Positions 1-9,679 are shown, counted from the first letter of the stretch. The stretch: 64,000 nucleotides of DNA from Nitrospirota bacterium (GCA_049325335.1 JBMOMC010000043.1:80262-144261), one strand, 5' to 3'. The notes: generated by a model from the sequence alone, not told the origin. Numbers and translations: made by a program.

Positions 1-748
1 CGCGGGAATGACCCCGGGATTTGTCGGCGCGGACCTGGCCAATCTGGTCAATGAAGCCGCGCTCCTAGCGGTGCGCCGAGGGAAGGATCTGGTCGGGGCC
101 GCGGAACTGCAGGAGGCGGTGGAGCGCGTGATCGCAGGGCTTGAAAAACGGAATCGGGTGTTGAACAAGTTGGAGCGGGAACGGGTGGCGCACCATGAAA
201 TCGGACACGCATTGGTCGCCCTGTCCATCCCAGGCATGCACCCGGTGCAGAAGATCTCGATCATTCCGCGCGGGGTGGCCGCACTCGGCTACACGCTCCA
301 GTTGCCAACCGAAGATCGGTTTTTGATGACCAAGTCGGAACTCGAAGACAAGATCGCGATGCTCTTGGGCGGGCGTGTGGCCGAGGAGATCATCTTTCAC
401 GAGGTATCGACCGGCGCCCAAGACGATCTGATGAAAGCGACGGACATCGCCAAGAGCATGGTCAAGACCTACGGCATGAGCGGCAAGTTGGGCGGGGTGA
501 CCTTTGACGGCGCACGCCAACCGACGTTTTTGCCGACGGCGCACGCGGGCGGGCCCGCGGACTACAGCGAAGAGACCGCGCGGGAGATCGACTGCGAAGT
601 CCGCAATATCTTGGATGCCCAGTTCACGCGGGTGCGGAGCATCCTGCAAGCGCGCCAAGACGCCTTACGGACCGCCGCCATTGCGCTCTTGAAAACTGAG
701 ACGATGACGGGCGCCGAACTACAGGCGCTCCTCGGCGCGCCCGGATAA
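1..748 (+). CDS. ftsH: ATP-dependent zinc metalloprotease FtsH, C-terminal part (5' end outside window)
   Basis: [21 protein letters not shown] lid, HEIGH zinc motif, LGGRVAEE and STGAQDD M41 motifs; frame is open to the window edge. Confidence 0.95.
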   Translation, partial: AGMTPGFVGADLANLVNEAALLAVRRGKDLVGAAELQEAVERVIAGLEKRNRVLNKLERERVAHHEIGHALVALSIPGMHPVQKISIIPRGVAALGYTLQLPTEDRFLMTKSELEDKIAMLLGGRVAEEIIFHEVSTGAQDDLMKATDIAKSMVKTYGMSGKLGGVTFDGARQPTFLPTAHAGGPADYSEETAREIDCEVRNILDAQFTRVRSILQARQDALRTAAIALLKTETMTGAELQALLGAPG

Positions 749-819
749 TCGTCGTGCGGCGGCCACGCCAGCGAAATCCCGCGGCCGCGATGCGTCCACG
801 CTTCTGATACAATCGCGCG

Positions 820-2628
820 GTGACTAAGGCCCTTCATTACCGGATCACGCCCAGGGATCCGGCGGCCCACCTGTTCGAAGTGCGGTGTACGATCCCGACG
901 CCCGACCCCGCGGGCCAACGGTTTTCCTTGCCGACGTGGATCCCGGGCAGTTATCTGATTCGTGATTTTGCCCGCCACGTGGTGCGGATTCGGGCCGAGT
1001 CAAACGGACGACTGGTCCCGGTCGACAAACTCGATCGCGCCATGTGGCAGTGCGAGCCGACTTCAGGGCCGCTCACGCTGATCAGCGAGGTGTATGCGTG
1101 GGATCTCTCCGTGCGCGCGGCTCATCTGGACGCCACGCACGGATACTTCAACGGCACGAGCGTGTTTTTTCAGATCCACGGCCGGGAGAACCGACCGTGC
1201 GTCGTGGACATCGAGGCCCCGGTCGGTGGGGGTGGGCAACGATGGCGCGTGGCGACCGCGATGCGACGCGACGGCGCGCCGCCCCATGCGTTCGGCCGAT
1301 ACATGGCCGCGGACTACGACGACCTGGTGGATCATCCGGTGGAGATGGGCGACTTTGCGTTGGCGACGTTTACCGCCTGCGGTGTGCCCCACGACGTAGC
1401 GTTGACCGGCCGACACCGGGCCGACCTCGACCGTCTGTGTCGCGACCTCACGACGATCTGCGAGCACCACATCCGGTTCTTCGGAGAGCCCGCGCCGTTC
1501 GACCGGTACGTGTTTTTGGTCACCGCGGTGGGCGAAGGGTACGGCGGCCTCGAACACCGGGCGTCGACCAGCCTCCTGTGTTCACGGGAGGATCTTCCCA
1601 AACCGGGAGACCGCGAGATCAACGAGAAATACCGAACGTTGTTGGCGTTGGCGAGTCACGAGTACTTCCACGCCTGGAACGTCAAACGCATCAAGCCCCA
1701 GGCGTTCATCCCGTACGATCTCACGCGCGAAGTGTACACGCGCTTGTTGTGGGCGTTCGAAGGCATCACGTCGTACTACGATGCGCTGGCGCTGGTGCGG
1801 ACCGGTCTGATTTCCCCGGCCAGTTACCTGGAGCTGGTGGGGCAAACCGTTACGCGGCTGCTCCGCGGGCCCGGTCGGTTGAAGCAGACGGTGGAGGAGT
1901 CCAGCTTTGACGCGTGGATCAAGTTTTACAAGCCGGACGAAAACACCCCGAACGCCGTGGTCAGTTACTACACCAAGGGCGCGCTGGTGGCATCGGCGCT
2001 CGACCTCACGATTCGACGCGAGACGCGGAACGCCAAATCGCTGGATGACGTGATGCGCGCGCTGTGGGAGCGGCATGGTAAAACCGGCGTGGGGGTCCCG
2101 GAAGACAGGATCGAACGGATCGCACGGGAAGTGTCCGGGGTAGATCTGCGGGCGTTTTTTGACCGCGCGCTCCGCACCGCGGAGGACCTTCCGCTCGCGG
2201 AGCTGTTCGCGGACGTCGGGGTGACGTTGGGCCTACGAACCGCCGAGTCCGACCAGGACAAGGGCGGAAAACCTGGGACCACGCCGCACGCCACGCGAAC
2301 AACCCTCGGCGTTCGGCTGGCCGAAAGCGGATCGGACGCGAAACTGGCAACGGTCCACGACGGAAGCGCGGCGCAGGCTGCGGGGCTTGCTGCCGGCGAT
2401 GTGATTATGGCCGTGGATGGACTCCGTGCCACGCGGGGCAATCTGGAATCCTTGATCGGTGCCTACCCGCCAGGTTCCACGGTCCACATCCACGCGTTCC
2501 GTCGCGACGAACTGATGGAGTTCGACCTTACGCCGGCGCCCGCGCCGCTGGACACCTGCTTTCTGACGCTCACCGTGGACCCTCCCGAATCCATACGGGC
2601 TCGCCGCGCGGCCTGGTTGGGGGGCTGA
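820..2628 (+). CDS. M61 family glycyl aminopeptidase with C-terminal PDZ domain
   Basis: WIPGSY, GGLEH, HEYFHAWNVKR, EGITSYY, SYYTKG motifs; PDZ-like SAAQAAGLAAGDVIMAVDG. Confidence 0.93.
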   Translation: MTKALHYRITPRDPAAHLFEVRCTIPTPDPAGQRFSLPTWIPGSYLIRDFARHVVRIRAESNGRLVPVDKLDRAMWQCEPTSGPLTLISEVYAWDLSVRAAHLDATHGYFNGTSVFFQIHGRENRPCVVDIEAPVGGGGQRWRVATAMRRDGAPPHAFGRYMAADYDDLVDHPVEMGDFALATFTACGVPHDVALTGRHRADLDRLCRDLTTICEHHIRFFGEPAPFDRYVFLVTAVGEGYGGLEHRASTSLLCSREDLPKPGDREINEKYRTLLALASHEYFHAWNVKRIKPQAFIPYDLTREVYTRLLWAFEGITSYYDALALVRTGLISPASYLELVGQTVTRLLRGPGRLKQTVEESSFDAWIKFYKPDENTPNAVVSYYTKGALVASALDLTIRRETRNAKSLDDVMRALWERHGKTGVGVPEDRIERIAREVSGVDLRAFFDRALRTAEDLPLAELFADVGVTLGLRTAESDQDKGGKPGTTPHATRTTLGVRLAESGSDAKLATVHDGSAAQAAGLAAGDVIMAVDGLRATRGNLESLIGAYPPGSTVHIHAFRRDELMEFDLTPAPAPLDTCFLTLTVDPPESIRARRAAWLGG

Positions 2629-2895
2629 CTTCCGCGCCTTGACAGACCGTACGCCTGTGTCACCTTCACCATGAATCGAGTCGTGGTGAAGGGGGGCGCG
2701 GATGAAACGGTGGGCGGTGTTCTGGGCGTGCCTGTCGGTGGTGCCGATTTCGTTCGACGCGAATCCGGAGCCGGCCCACCTCGATTCACCGCCCGTCCTC
2801 ACGCGGACGGTGTCGGTCCCGCCATCTCGACCATCGATCGACCGGGCGGAATCAGCCGATTCCAGGGCCGGTCTCATCGAGTCGGGCGTTCCTCA

Positions 2896-5163
2896 TCACA
2901 GCGTCGCGGCCCGGTAGCCCGGGCTGAGTCGACGCCGCGTCATCAGGTACAAAGCCACCCCGGCCAAAATCAGCAGGTCTGCGGCCTGCCACGGCCCCGG
3001 AGGGTCGCCGCCGTTCGGAATGATCATCCCGCACCCGCCGGCTTGGGGCGCGTCGGAAGACGGGGTGTTGTCCGAGACGAGCGAAGCGGACGCGTACACG
3101 GTGTTCTGCCGATTGCCGGACCGGTCGTACGACGCGGCCGAGTAGTAGTAGGTCACGTCGCTGACCAATCCGTGGTGCATCGTCTGCCCCGGTTCGTCCG
3201 GGTTCCCGGTAAAGTCGCCCAACAACACGCCGTCGGTCGGTCCTGACGGGTACCGATCGGTCCGGAACCGAATCTGCACGCCCGCAAAGTCCGCGTCGGA
3301 CGGGTTGGTCCACGTTAACGTGACGTGGGCCGACGCGCCGCTCGCCGAAAAATTCTGCACGTCTTGGGGCGGGGTGCTATCGGGCGATGAGGGAATCACG
3401 ACCGTGATGTCGCCGGACGCGGTCGAGTTGCCCACGGTATCCGCGCTCAACACGCGGAGGTGGTAGGTGGCGCCGGGGGTGAGTGCGGACAGGGGCTCAC
3501 GGTGCGCGGTCAACAGAGTGGCGTTGGCGACGGTGCGTTGCCCGTAGGCGGTGGTGAGGCCGTATTCAACCTGCGACGTGGCGGCTTCGTTGGTGGACCA
3601 GGTCACGACCGCGGAAGTGGGCGTGACGTCCGTGGTCGTCAGATTGAAAATCGACGGCGGGGTGGTGTCGGGCGCGGCGGAGGTGGTGAAGGTGCGGTTG
3701 CCGGAGACGGCGAGGTTGCCGGCGGCATCCGCGCTGCGCACACGGTAGTTGTAGGTGGTCGCGGCGAGCAGCCCGCTTACCGTCGCGCTATGGCTGGTCA
3801 CGAGCGTGGCGTTGAGCGTGGTGGAAGCGCCGTAGGCCGTGGTGGTGCCGTATTCGACCTGGGTGGTGGCGGCCTCGTTGGAGGTCCAGGTGATGCTGGC
3901 GCCGGTGCTGGTGATCGAGCCCGCGCTGATGCCGGTGAGCGTGGGCGGGGTGGTGTCGGGCGCGGCGGAGGTGGTGAAGACGAAATCCGAGGAGGACGCG
4001 TTGTTGCCGGCGGCGTCCACGCTGCGCACGCGGTAGTGGTACACCGTGGATGCGGTCAGGCCGGTCAGCGTGATGCTATGGCTGGTCACGCGCACAGCGT
4101 CCGAGGATGTCGCGCTGTAGGCGGTGGTCAGGCCGTAGTCGACCACGGAGGTGGAGACTTCGTTGGTGCTCCAGGTGATCACACTGCTGGTTGCGCTTAC
4201 GGTGCTGGCCGTGGTTCCGGAGATGACCGGCGGGGTGGTGTCGGGCGCGGCGGAGGTGGTGAAGGTGAAGTCGCCGGAGAGCGCGGCATTGCCCGCGGCG
4301 TCCGCGCTGCGCACGCGGTAATGATACAGGGTGGAGGCGGCAAGGCCGCTCACCGTCGCGCTGTGGCTGGTCACGAGCGTGGCGTTGAGCGTGGTGGAGG
4401 CGCCGTAGGCCGTGGTGGTGCCGTATTCGACCTGGGTGGTGGCGGCTTCGTTGGAGGTCCAGGTGATGCTGGCGCCGGTGCTGGTGATCGAGCCCGCGCT
4501 GATGCCGGTAAGCGTGGGCGGGGTGGTGTCGGGCGCGGCCGTTGTCGTGAACGTGTAGTCGGACGAGATGGCCACATTGCCGGTTGCGTCAAGACTGAGC
4601 ACGCGGAAGTGGTACAGGGTGGACGGCGTTAAACCGCTCAGGGTTCGAGCGTGGGTGGTGACCAGGGTGGAGTCAATGGCCGTGGACGAACCGTAACCGG
4701 TCGTGGTCCCGTATTCCGCCGCGGTGGTGGCGGCTTCGTTGGTGGTCCACGTGAGCGTGGCCCCGGTGGCCGTGATGCCGGATGCGGTGACCGAGGAGAT
4801 GGTGGGTGGCGTGGTATCGGTCACGATCTTCGTGCCTTCGTTCGAAGGGGTGCTGCTGTTTCCCACGAGGTCTTGCGCGGTCACGGCAAAGTAGTATGTC
4901 CCGGGGCCCAGTCCCGTCACCGTATAGGTGGTCACCATACCCACCGGGATCACGGAGGAGTAAACTCCCGAGCTGGTACCGTAGTGGACGGTGTAACCGG
5001 CCAAGTCGGACTCGGTGTTGGGGTTCCATGACAATATGGCGTCCGCTCCAAACGCGGGCGCGGCGCACAGTAGGAGTGACGCGAGGGCCCAAGGGGCCGC
5101 GGAGACACACCGGTTGTTCGGCGTATTCGGCGTGTGATGAGCGTTTTGACAATGACGATACAT
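2896..5163 (-). CDS. Secreted/surface multi-fibronectin type III repeat protein with C-terminal membrane anchor
   Basis: Signal peptide (…APAFG); about seven FN3-like modules (W.T.E…EYG.T…H..L.GL…Y.YRV.S.D..GN); C-terminal GGC + hydrophobic helix + RRR. Start 5163 chosen from an AAGAGG RBS. Confidence 0.85.
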   Translation of the reverse strand: MYRHCQNAHHTPNTPNNRCVSAAPWALASLLLCAAPAFGADAILSWNPNTESDLAGYTVHYGTSSGVYSSVIPVGMVTTYTVTGLGPGTYYFAVTAQDLVGNSSTPSNEGTKIVTDTTPPTISSVTASGITATGATLTWTTNEAATTAAEYGTTTGYGSSTAIDSTLVTTHARTLSGLTPSTLYHFRVLSLDATGNVAISSDYTFTTTAAPDTTPPTLTGISAGSITSTGASITWTSNEAATTQVEYGTTTAYGASTTLNATLVTSHSATVSGLAASTLYHYRVRSADAAGNAALSGDFTFTTSAAPDTTPPVISGTTASTVSATSSVITWSTNEVSTSVVDYGLTTAYSATSSDAVRVTSHSITLTGLTASTVYHYRVRSVDAAGNNASSSDFVFTTSAAPDTTPPTLTGISAGSITSTGASITWTSNEAATTQVEYGTTTAYGASTTLNATLVTSHSATVSGLLAATTYNYRVRSADAAGNLAVSGNRTFTTSAAPDTTPPSIFNLTTTDVTPTSAVVTWSTNEAATSQVEYGLTTAYGQRTVANATLLTAHREPLSALTPGATYHLRVLSADTVGNSTASGDITVVIPSSPDSTPPQDVQNFSASGASAHVTLTWTNPSDADFAGVQIRFRTDRYPSGPTDGVLLGDFTGNPDEPGQTMHHGLVSDVTYYYSAASYDRSGNRQNTVYASASLVSDNTPSSDAPQAGGCGMIIPNGGDPPGPWQAADLLILAGVALYLMTRRRLSPGYRAATL
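3660..4830. repeat. Intragenic tandem FN3 repeats (about 95-96 aa units); units 2 and 4 near-identical at DNA level
   Basis: PDTTPPTLTGISAGSITSTGASITWTSNEAATTQVEYG… occurs twice with a 573-bp offset (gatgccgg at 3928 and 4501). Confidence 0.9.
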
Positions 5164-5248
5164 GACACTGACCTCTTTTCGCATGCGGTGTACTCGTGTC
5201 CGGTGCGCCCAACCACGTCCCGGGCGCCTTGCTCAGGGCGTCTCTAAG

Positions 5249-5264
5249 AGCAAACCTGGTGCCA
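5249..5264 (-). promoter_or_regulatory. Sigma-54 (-24/-12) promoter for the FN3 gene
   Basis: Minus strand TGGCACCAGGTTTGCT matches TGGCAC-N5-TTGCW, about 85 bp upstream of the start. Confidence 0.75.
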
Positions 5265-5576
5265 GCAACCGCGCACGTTGAAAACCGCTGTATTGACGGC
5301 GCGATTGCCGCGCGGGCGCGCGTGAATCATGGTGGTGCGGAAGCGGTTGCTTTGAATTGGCGGTCGAAATCCGTGATTCGGATTACCGTTCAGTCGTTCA
5401 GTTTGAGGCCGTGGGTGTTGACCGGGGGGATGGGGCGCGGTGCGTGCGCTGCCGGAATCTCACCGATGGCCGGTGGATTCCGCCAGGTTTCCAGCACGGG
5501 CCGCGTTGAACGTGTGGGGCGTCTTCCGCCGATAGCCTCTCGATTTTTTCGTCGTGACATGATATGGGCAGGGGTG

Positions 5577-6134
5577 ATGCCGAGGTCGATTTCAGGGATC
5601 GGCGGATCGCCGCCGGGAGATCAAGACCGGACCACGGGCGCGGCCCATCGTCTTGCGGCGGCGCATATCGAGCCGCCGCCGATCACCGAGGCGCTGTCGG
5701 CTCACTGCGCGTGTATAGCCGCGAGTTTTCGTCGCTGGATCGGTCGCGACCTCATTGACGCTCCGGTAGCCGATCACGACCTCGTAGCCAGGTTGTTCGA
5801 CGCTCCATTTGCCCTACTCGCCCACGGAACCGAAGCGGACCCGATGCTGACTTACGGAAACCGGATGGCGTTGACATTGTGGGAGACGACGTGGGATCGG
5901 TTTACCCGCATGCCGTCCCGGCTCACGGCCGAACCCCAGGCGCGTGATGAGCGGGCGCGCGTACTCGCGGGCGTCACCCGACGAGGGTACGTGGAGAACT
6001 ATCGCGGGGTTCGCGTGTCGCAGACCGGGCGTCGGTTCCACATCGAGCGCGCGGTGGTTTGGGTGCTGGTGGATCCGTCGGGTCGAGCGGTCGGACAAGC
6101 CGCCATGGTCGATACCTGGACCGACCTGGGTTAA
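5577..6134 (+). CDS. MEKHLA (PAS-like) domain protein; start uncertain
   Basis: APFALLAHGTEADP..YGN..AL.LWE..W..F..MPSRLTAEP…Y.GVRVS.TGRRF.I..A.VW…GQAA pattern. Confidence 0.85.
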   Translation: MPRSISGIGGSPPGDQDRTTGAAHRLAAAHIEPPPITEALSAHCACIAASFRRWIGRDLIDAPVADHDLVARLFDAPFALLAHGTEADPMLTYGNRMALTLWETTWDRFTRMPSRLTAEPQARDERARVLAGVTRRGYVENYRGVRVSQTGRRFHIERAVVWVLVDPSGRAVGQAAMVDTWTDLG

Positions 6135-6146
6135 CCGTACCGACGC

Positions 6147-6440
6147 ATGGCGCGGTTGACCGTCAAAGTCGTTCCCAAATCATCTCGAAACCGTGTGGTC
6201 GGCCGGCTCGGTGATGCCGTGAAGGTGACGGTGACCGCTGCGCCCGAAGGCGGTCGAGCCAATGCCGCGGTGGCGGACCTGCTGGCCGCGTGCCTTGACG
6301 TGCCGGTCTCCGGCGTGCGGTGCGTTGCCGGGCACGCGTCCGCACGAAAACTCTTTGAGATCGCGGGACTCACCGAACGGCAAGTGAACGCGCGGCTCGA
6401 TGCCTTGATCGCCGACTCCGAGCACGCTACGTCTGAGTAG
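6147..6440 (+). CDS. DUF167/YggU family protein
   Basis: VKVVPKSSRN, VTAAPEGGRAN, GHASARK motifs. Confidence 0.88.
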   Translation: MARLTVKVVPKSSRNRVVGRLGDAVKVTVTAAPEGGRANAAVADLLAACLDVPVSGVRCVAGHASARKLFEIAGLTERQVNARLDALIADSEHATSE

Positions 6441-6707
6441 CCGAGACCCGCGTACGACCGTCACGTGTCGTCTTCATCGTTCCTTAATTATCTCCCTGGT
6501 ACACTCTGCGCGTGTTCGACGCCACCCGTATACCGGTGCGGTCAATGGTGCGCGGCGTCGTAGATGGGCCAAGAACTTGGCAACGTGGAGGTGCGGTTGA
6601 CGGAATGTTGATACTCTAGTCCGCGGAAATTTTCGTACTCCGAGCCGCCAAACCTGTAATTTCCATAGGAGGCGGGGCATGAGTTCGGCTCCTATCAAGA
6701 TTGGGGC

Positions 6708-6723
6708 TGGTACGCGAATTGCT
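6708..6723 (+). promoter_or_regulatory. Sigma-54 promoter upstream of the multiheme cytochrome/porin operon
   Basis: TGGTACGCGAATTGCT with GG-N10-GC spacing, in a 350-bp intergenic region. Confidence 0.65.
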
Positions 6724-6800
6724 TTCCTTACAGCCGGTGCTGTATCGACCAAACAGAATGAACAAGCAGTGATATCTAATACAATGTGAGGATCCGAAGA

Positions 6801-7934
6801 ATGTCCAGAGAGCGACAGACGATTCATTGGGGCGCACAGATCGGAGCCGTGGTTGTTGCTGGGTTCATGGCGTGGATCGGATGGGGGGCGCTGGTCGGGC
6901 ACGCGGCTGCGCCGTCTCCATCGTTCGACCATGACCGGACCTTGTTCCCGCTCACCGGGCAACATCGACAGGTCCAGTGCGAGGGATGTCATACCGGCGG
7001 ACGATACGAGAACCTGCCGACTCAATGCGTGGCCTGTCACAATGGCCAGCGCGCTCCAGGGAAGCCATCCAGTCATGTCGTGACCACGGCGCAGTGCGAT
7101 ACCTGCCATACCACGACAAGTTTTGCAGGAGCGGGATTTGCGCACGACGCGTCGGCGGCGGGGCGGTGCGACACGTGCCACAACGGACGGACGGCGATGG
7201 GGAAGCCGTCCAGCCATATCGCGACCACGGCGCAGTGTGACACGTGCCATACCACGCGGAGCTTCGAGGGCGCGGGGTATACGCACGACGCGAGCGCGAC
7301 GGGGCGGTGCGACACGTGCCACAACGGACGGACGGCGATCGGGAAGGGGTCCGGGCACATCGCGACCACGGCGCAGTGCGATACGTGCCATACCACGACA
7401 AGTTTTGCGGGAGCGGGATTTGCGCACGACGCGTCGGCGGCGGGGCGGTGCGACACGTGCCATAACGGACGGACGGCTCCCGGCAAGCCGTCCGGGCACA
7501 TCGCGACCACGGCGCAGTGTGATACGTGCCACAACACCAGGAGTTTCTCGGGGGCGACGTTTCGGCACGACGCGTCGGCGGCGGGGCGGTGCGACACGTG
7601 CCACAACGGACGGGCAGCTCCCGGCAAGCCGTCCGGGCACATTGCGACTACGGCGCAGTGCGATCAATGCCACCGGACAACGGCGTGGACGCCCGCGACC
7701 TACGCGAGCCATGCCAACCCGTTGCTGATCGGCGGACACTCCGGTCTCGACTGCAGTGTCTGCCATCCGCAATCGTTCACGTCCGCGTTTTATCGCGACG
7801 GCGTGCAATTCGGCTTTTGTTCCAATTGCCACCGCCGGGACTATGACCCAGGGAGGGATCAACACAACAACGCCAGCCTGCAGGTCAACGCCAACTGCGC
7901 CAATTGCCACGAACATGCGGGCTATCGGTGGTAA
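6801..7934 (+). CDS. Multiheme c-type cytochrome, 14 CxxCH
   Basis: 14 CxxCH counted; N-terminal hydrophobic/signal segment; extra His between motifs as likely distal ligands. Confidence 0.93.
   Translation: MSRERQTIHWGAQIGAVVVAGFMAWIGWGALVGHAAAPSPSFDHDRTLFPLTGQHRQVQCEGCHTGGRYENLPTQCVACHNGQRAPGKPSSHVVTTAQCDTCHTTTSFAGAGFAHDASAAGRCDTCHNGRTAMGKPSSHIATTAQCDTCHTTRSFEGAGYTHDASATGRCDTCHNGRTAIGKGSGHIATTAQCDTCHTTTSFAGAGFAHDASAAGRCDTCHNGRTAPGKPSGHIATTAQCDTCHNTRSFSGATFRHDASAAGRCDTCHNGRAAPGKPSGHIATTAQCDQCHRTTAWTPATYASHANPLLIGGHSGLDCSVCHPQSFTSAFYRDGVQFGFCSNCHRRDYDPGRDQHNNASLQVNANCANCHEHAGYRW
7040..7680 (+). repeat. 141-bp (47-aa) di-heme tandem repeat, about 4.5 copies
   Basis: Unit CDTCHNGR.A.GKPS.HIATTAQCDTCH.T.SF.GA.F.HDASAAGR repeats with high DNA identity. 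Confidence 0.92.
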
Positions 7935-9619
7935 TGAGACCCAAGGTCCATTGGTTGGCATCGGCGCTGCTGTGCGGCGCACTGGTGGTCCAGGGCTGCG
8001 GAGGGCCGACCAAACGGTTGCCGCCCGCGCCTCGATTCTCCAACGCCGAAATCGAAGCGTCGTATAAGAACGGGGAAGAGGCCTTGCTCAACGGTGACTA
8101 CGTGAAAGCTCGTCGGGTGTTGATGCAGATCATTTCTCGATTTCCCGGTGAAAACGATTTGGCGCAGGTCCAGTGGTTGATGGCCAAGACCTACGACATG
8201 GAGAACCGTCCGGTCGAAGCCGTGGCCGAATATAAGCGGTTCGTGGCCAACTACCCCGACCACCCCAACGCGCAGGACGCGGACGACCGAATCCGTCATC
8301 TGGAACAAGCGGCGCGGCCGAAGCCGAGCAAACCGGTCCGCGTGGTCGGGTCGCTGTCAACGGATTACGAATACGCCGAAGACTTGAGCCCAGAGCCCCT
8401 GACCACGCTGAACCGCGTGACCACGCGGCTCGACGCCCAGATTCGCAATCTTGACGAGGGACGGGGGAAAGTGGTGGTGAGCGCGCTGCGGTCATTCGAT
8501 TTGCAAGACCAGGGTGACGATCGCGCTCGGCTTCAGAAGTTGTATGGGGACTGGCGCAATCCGGCCGATCGATGGTCGGTGAGAATCGGGCGTCAGCCGT
8601 CCACCCCCGGAGCGCTTTCGACGCGGTACGACGGGGCCGAACTCCATTACCGAGTCATTCCAACGGTGGCGTTCGACGTTGCCGCGGGTTTCCCGGTGGA
8701 TTTTTTCCGCAGCGGCGCGTTGTCCACCGACGCGCGATTCTACGAAGCCGGGCTCACTGCGGCCGATGTCGGCGGCGCCACCGGCCGGATCTACGCAATC
8801 CGGCAGTTTGCCGAAGACGTCCTCGACCGTGAGGCGGTGGGCGGCAACTTCCAGGGGGGGTGGGGACGGTTCGGCGCGAACGGCAACGCGGACTACGATA
8901 TCAACTTCGGGGAGTTTAATGACCGGTTCCTTTCGATAGAGTACGCGCTCCGGGAATCACTCACCGTCACGCTCGCCCGCGATGCGCGAAACGATCCATA
9001 CCTTCAGATGAGCACCGCGCTGCTCGATGATACCGCCACGGCGGCGACCCCGCCCATTACCACCGTGTCTGATTTGCTGGCGCTGGCGGGACAAAACGAG
9101 GACACGGTCAGAGACATGGCTCGAAACCACACGATCGATTCAACCGACTCGCGGGTCGGGCTTCGGTGGACGATCGGCCCGCACTGGTTGTCCACGGCGG
9201 ATTATTCCCATACCGTCAGCCAGATCCCGCAGGCGGGCGGGGGCCGAACCCGACAAACGTTCGACCGGGTATCACTCTACGCGGCTCAGTCGAACGCGTG
9301 GCGCTTCCCGGATACGACATCCGCGTTGATCATCCATCAGACCGGGTCGGAGTTGGTCATCGACACGGTATCGCTCGTCGCCGGGGAACGGCTCGCGCCG
9401 TCGCTCCTGCTCCAACTAAAGGCCCGCGTGGAATACACGGGTTTTAAGAACGGAAGCGCGACAGATTCCATTCGGTACGTACCGGGCGTCGCGCTGAACA
9501 TGGAACCCACGCGGTTTCTGTTGTTGACGGCCGAGGGCGAGTATACTCACGAAAACCGGTTCTATATGCCCGGGCGTACCGCGATCTTGTCGCGGTTGAA
9601 CGTCACCGTGCTGTTTTAA
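7934..9619 (+). CDS. Lipoprotein with BamD/YbgF-like TPR domain fused to an outer-membrane beta-barrel (putative porin)
   Basis: Lipobox VQG-C; TPR motifs (YKRFVANYPDHPNA); amphipathic strands; ends LNVTVLF (terminal Phe); TAATG coupling to the cytochrome gene. Confidence 0.75.
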   Translation: MRPKVHWLASALLCGALVVQGCGGPTKRLPPAPRFSNAEIEASYKNGEEALLNGDYVKARRVLMQIISRFPGENDLAQVQWLMAKTYDMENRPVEAVAEYKRFVANYPDHPNAQDADDRIRHLEQAARPKPSKPVRVVGSLSTDYEYAEDLSPEPLTTLNRVTTRLDAQIRNLDEGRGKVVVSALRSFDLQDQGDDRARLQKLYGDWRNPADRWSVRIGRQPSTPGALSTRYDGAELHYRVIPTVAFDVAAGFPVDFFRSGALSTDARFYEAGLTAADVGGATGRIYAIRQFAEDVLDREAVGGNFQGGWGRFGANGNADYDINFGEFNDRFLSIEYALRESLTVTLARDARNDPYLQMSTALLDDTATAATPPITTVSDLLALAGQNEDTVRDMARNHTIDSTDSRVGLRWTIGPHWLSTADYSHTVSQIPQAGGGRTRQTFDRVSLYAAQSNAWRFPDTTSALIIHQTGSELVIDTVSLVAGERLAPSLLLQLKARVEYTGFKNGSATDSIRYVPGVALNMEPTRFLLLTAEGEYTHENRFYMPGRTAILSRLNVTVLF

Positions 9620-9679
9620 CGGCGACAATCGTCGCCCGCGGGTCCAGAGGGTCCGCGTCACCAACAAGGAGGATATGGG

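Noticed and set aside
6652..6670. lux-box-like ACCTGTAATTTCCATAGGA upstream of the cytochrome operon
   Set aside because: CT-N11-AG spacing, one short of the canonical CT-N12-AG, and weak symmetry
7040..7680. Regular DNA repeats resembling a CRISPR array
   Set aside because: In-frame coding repeats of a cytochrome; no unique spacers and no cas genes
6474..7982. Long antisense ORF (502 aa) and similar shadow ORFs (e.g. 3460-4632, 20224-21513, 11312-12289)
   Set aside because: They overlap well-supported genes, have no motifs, and are expected in GC-rich DNA
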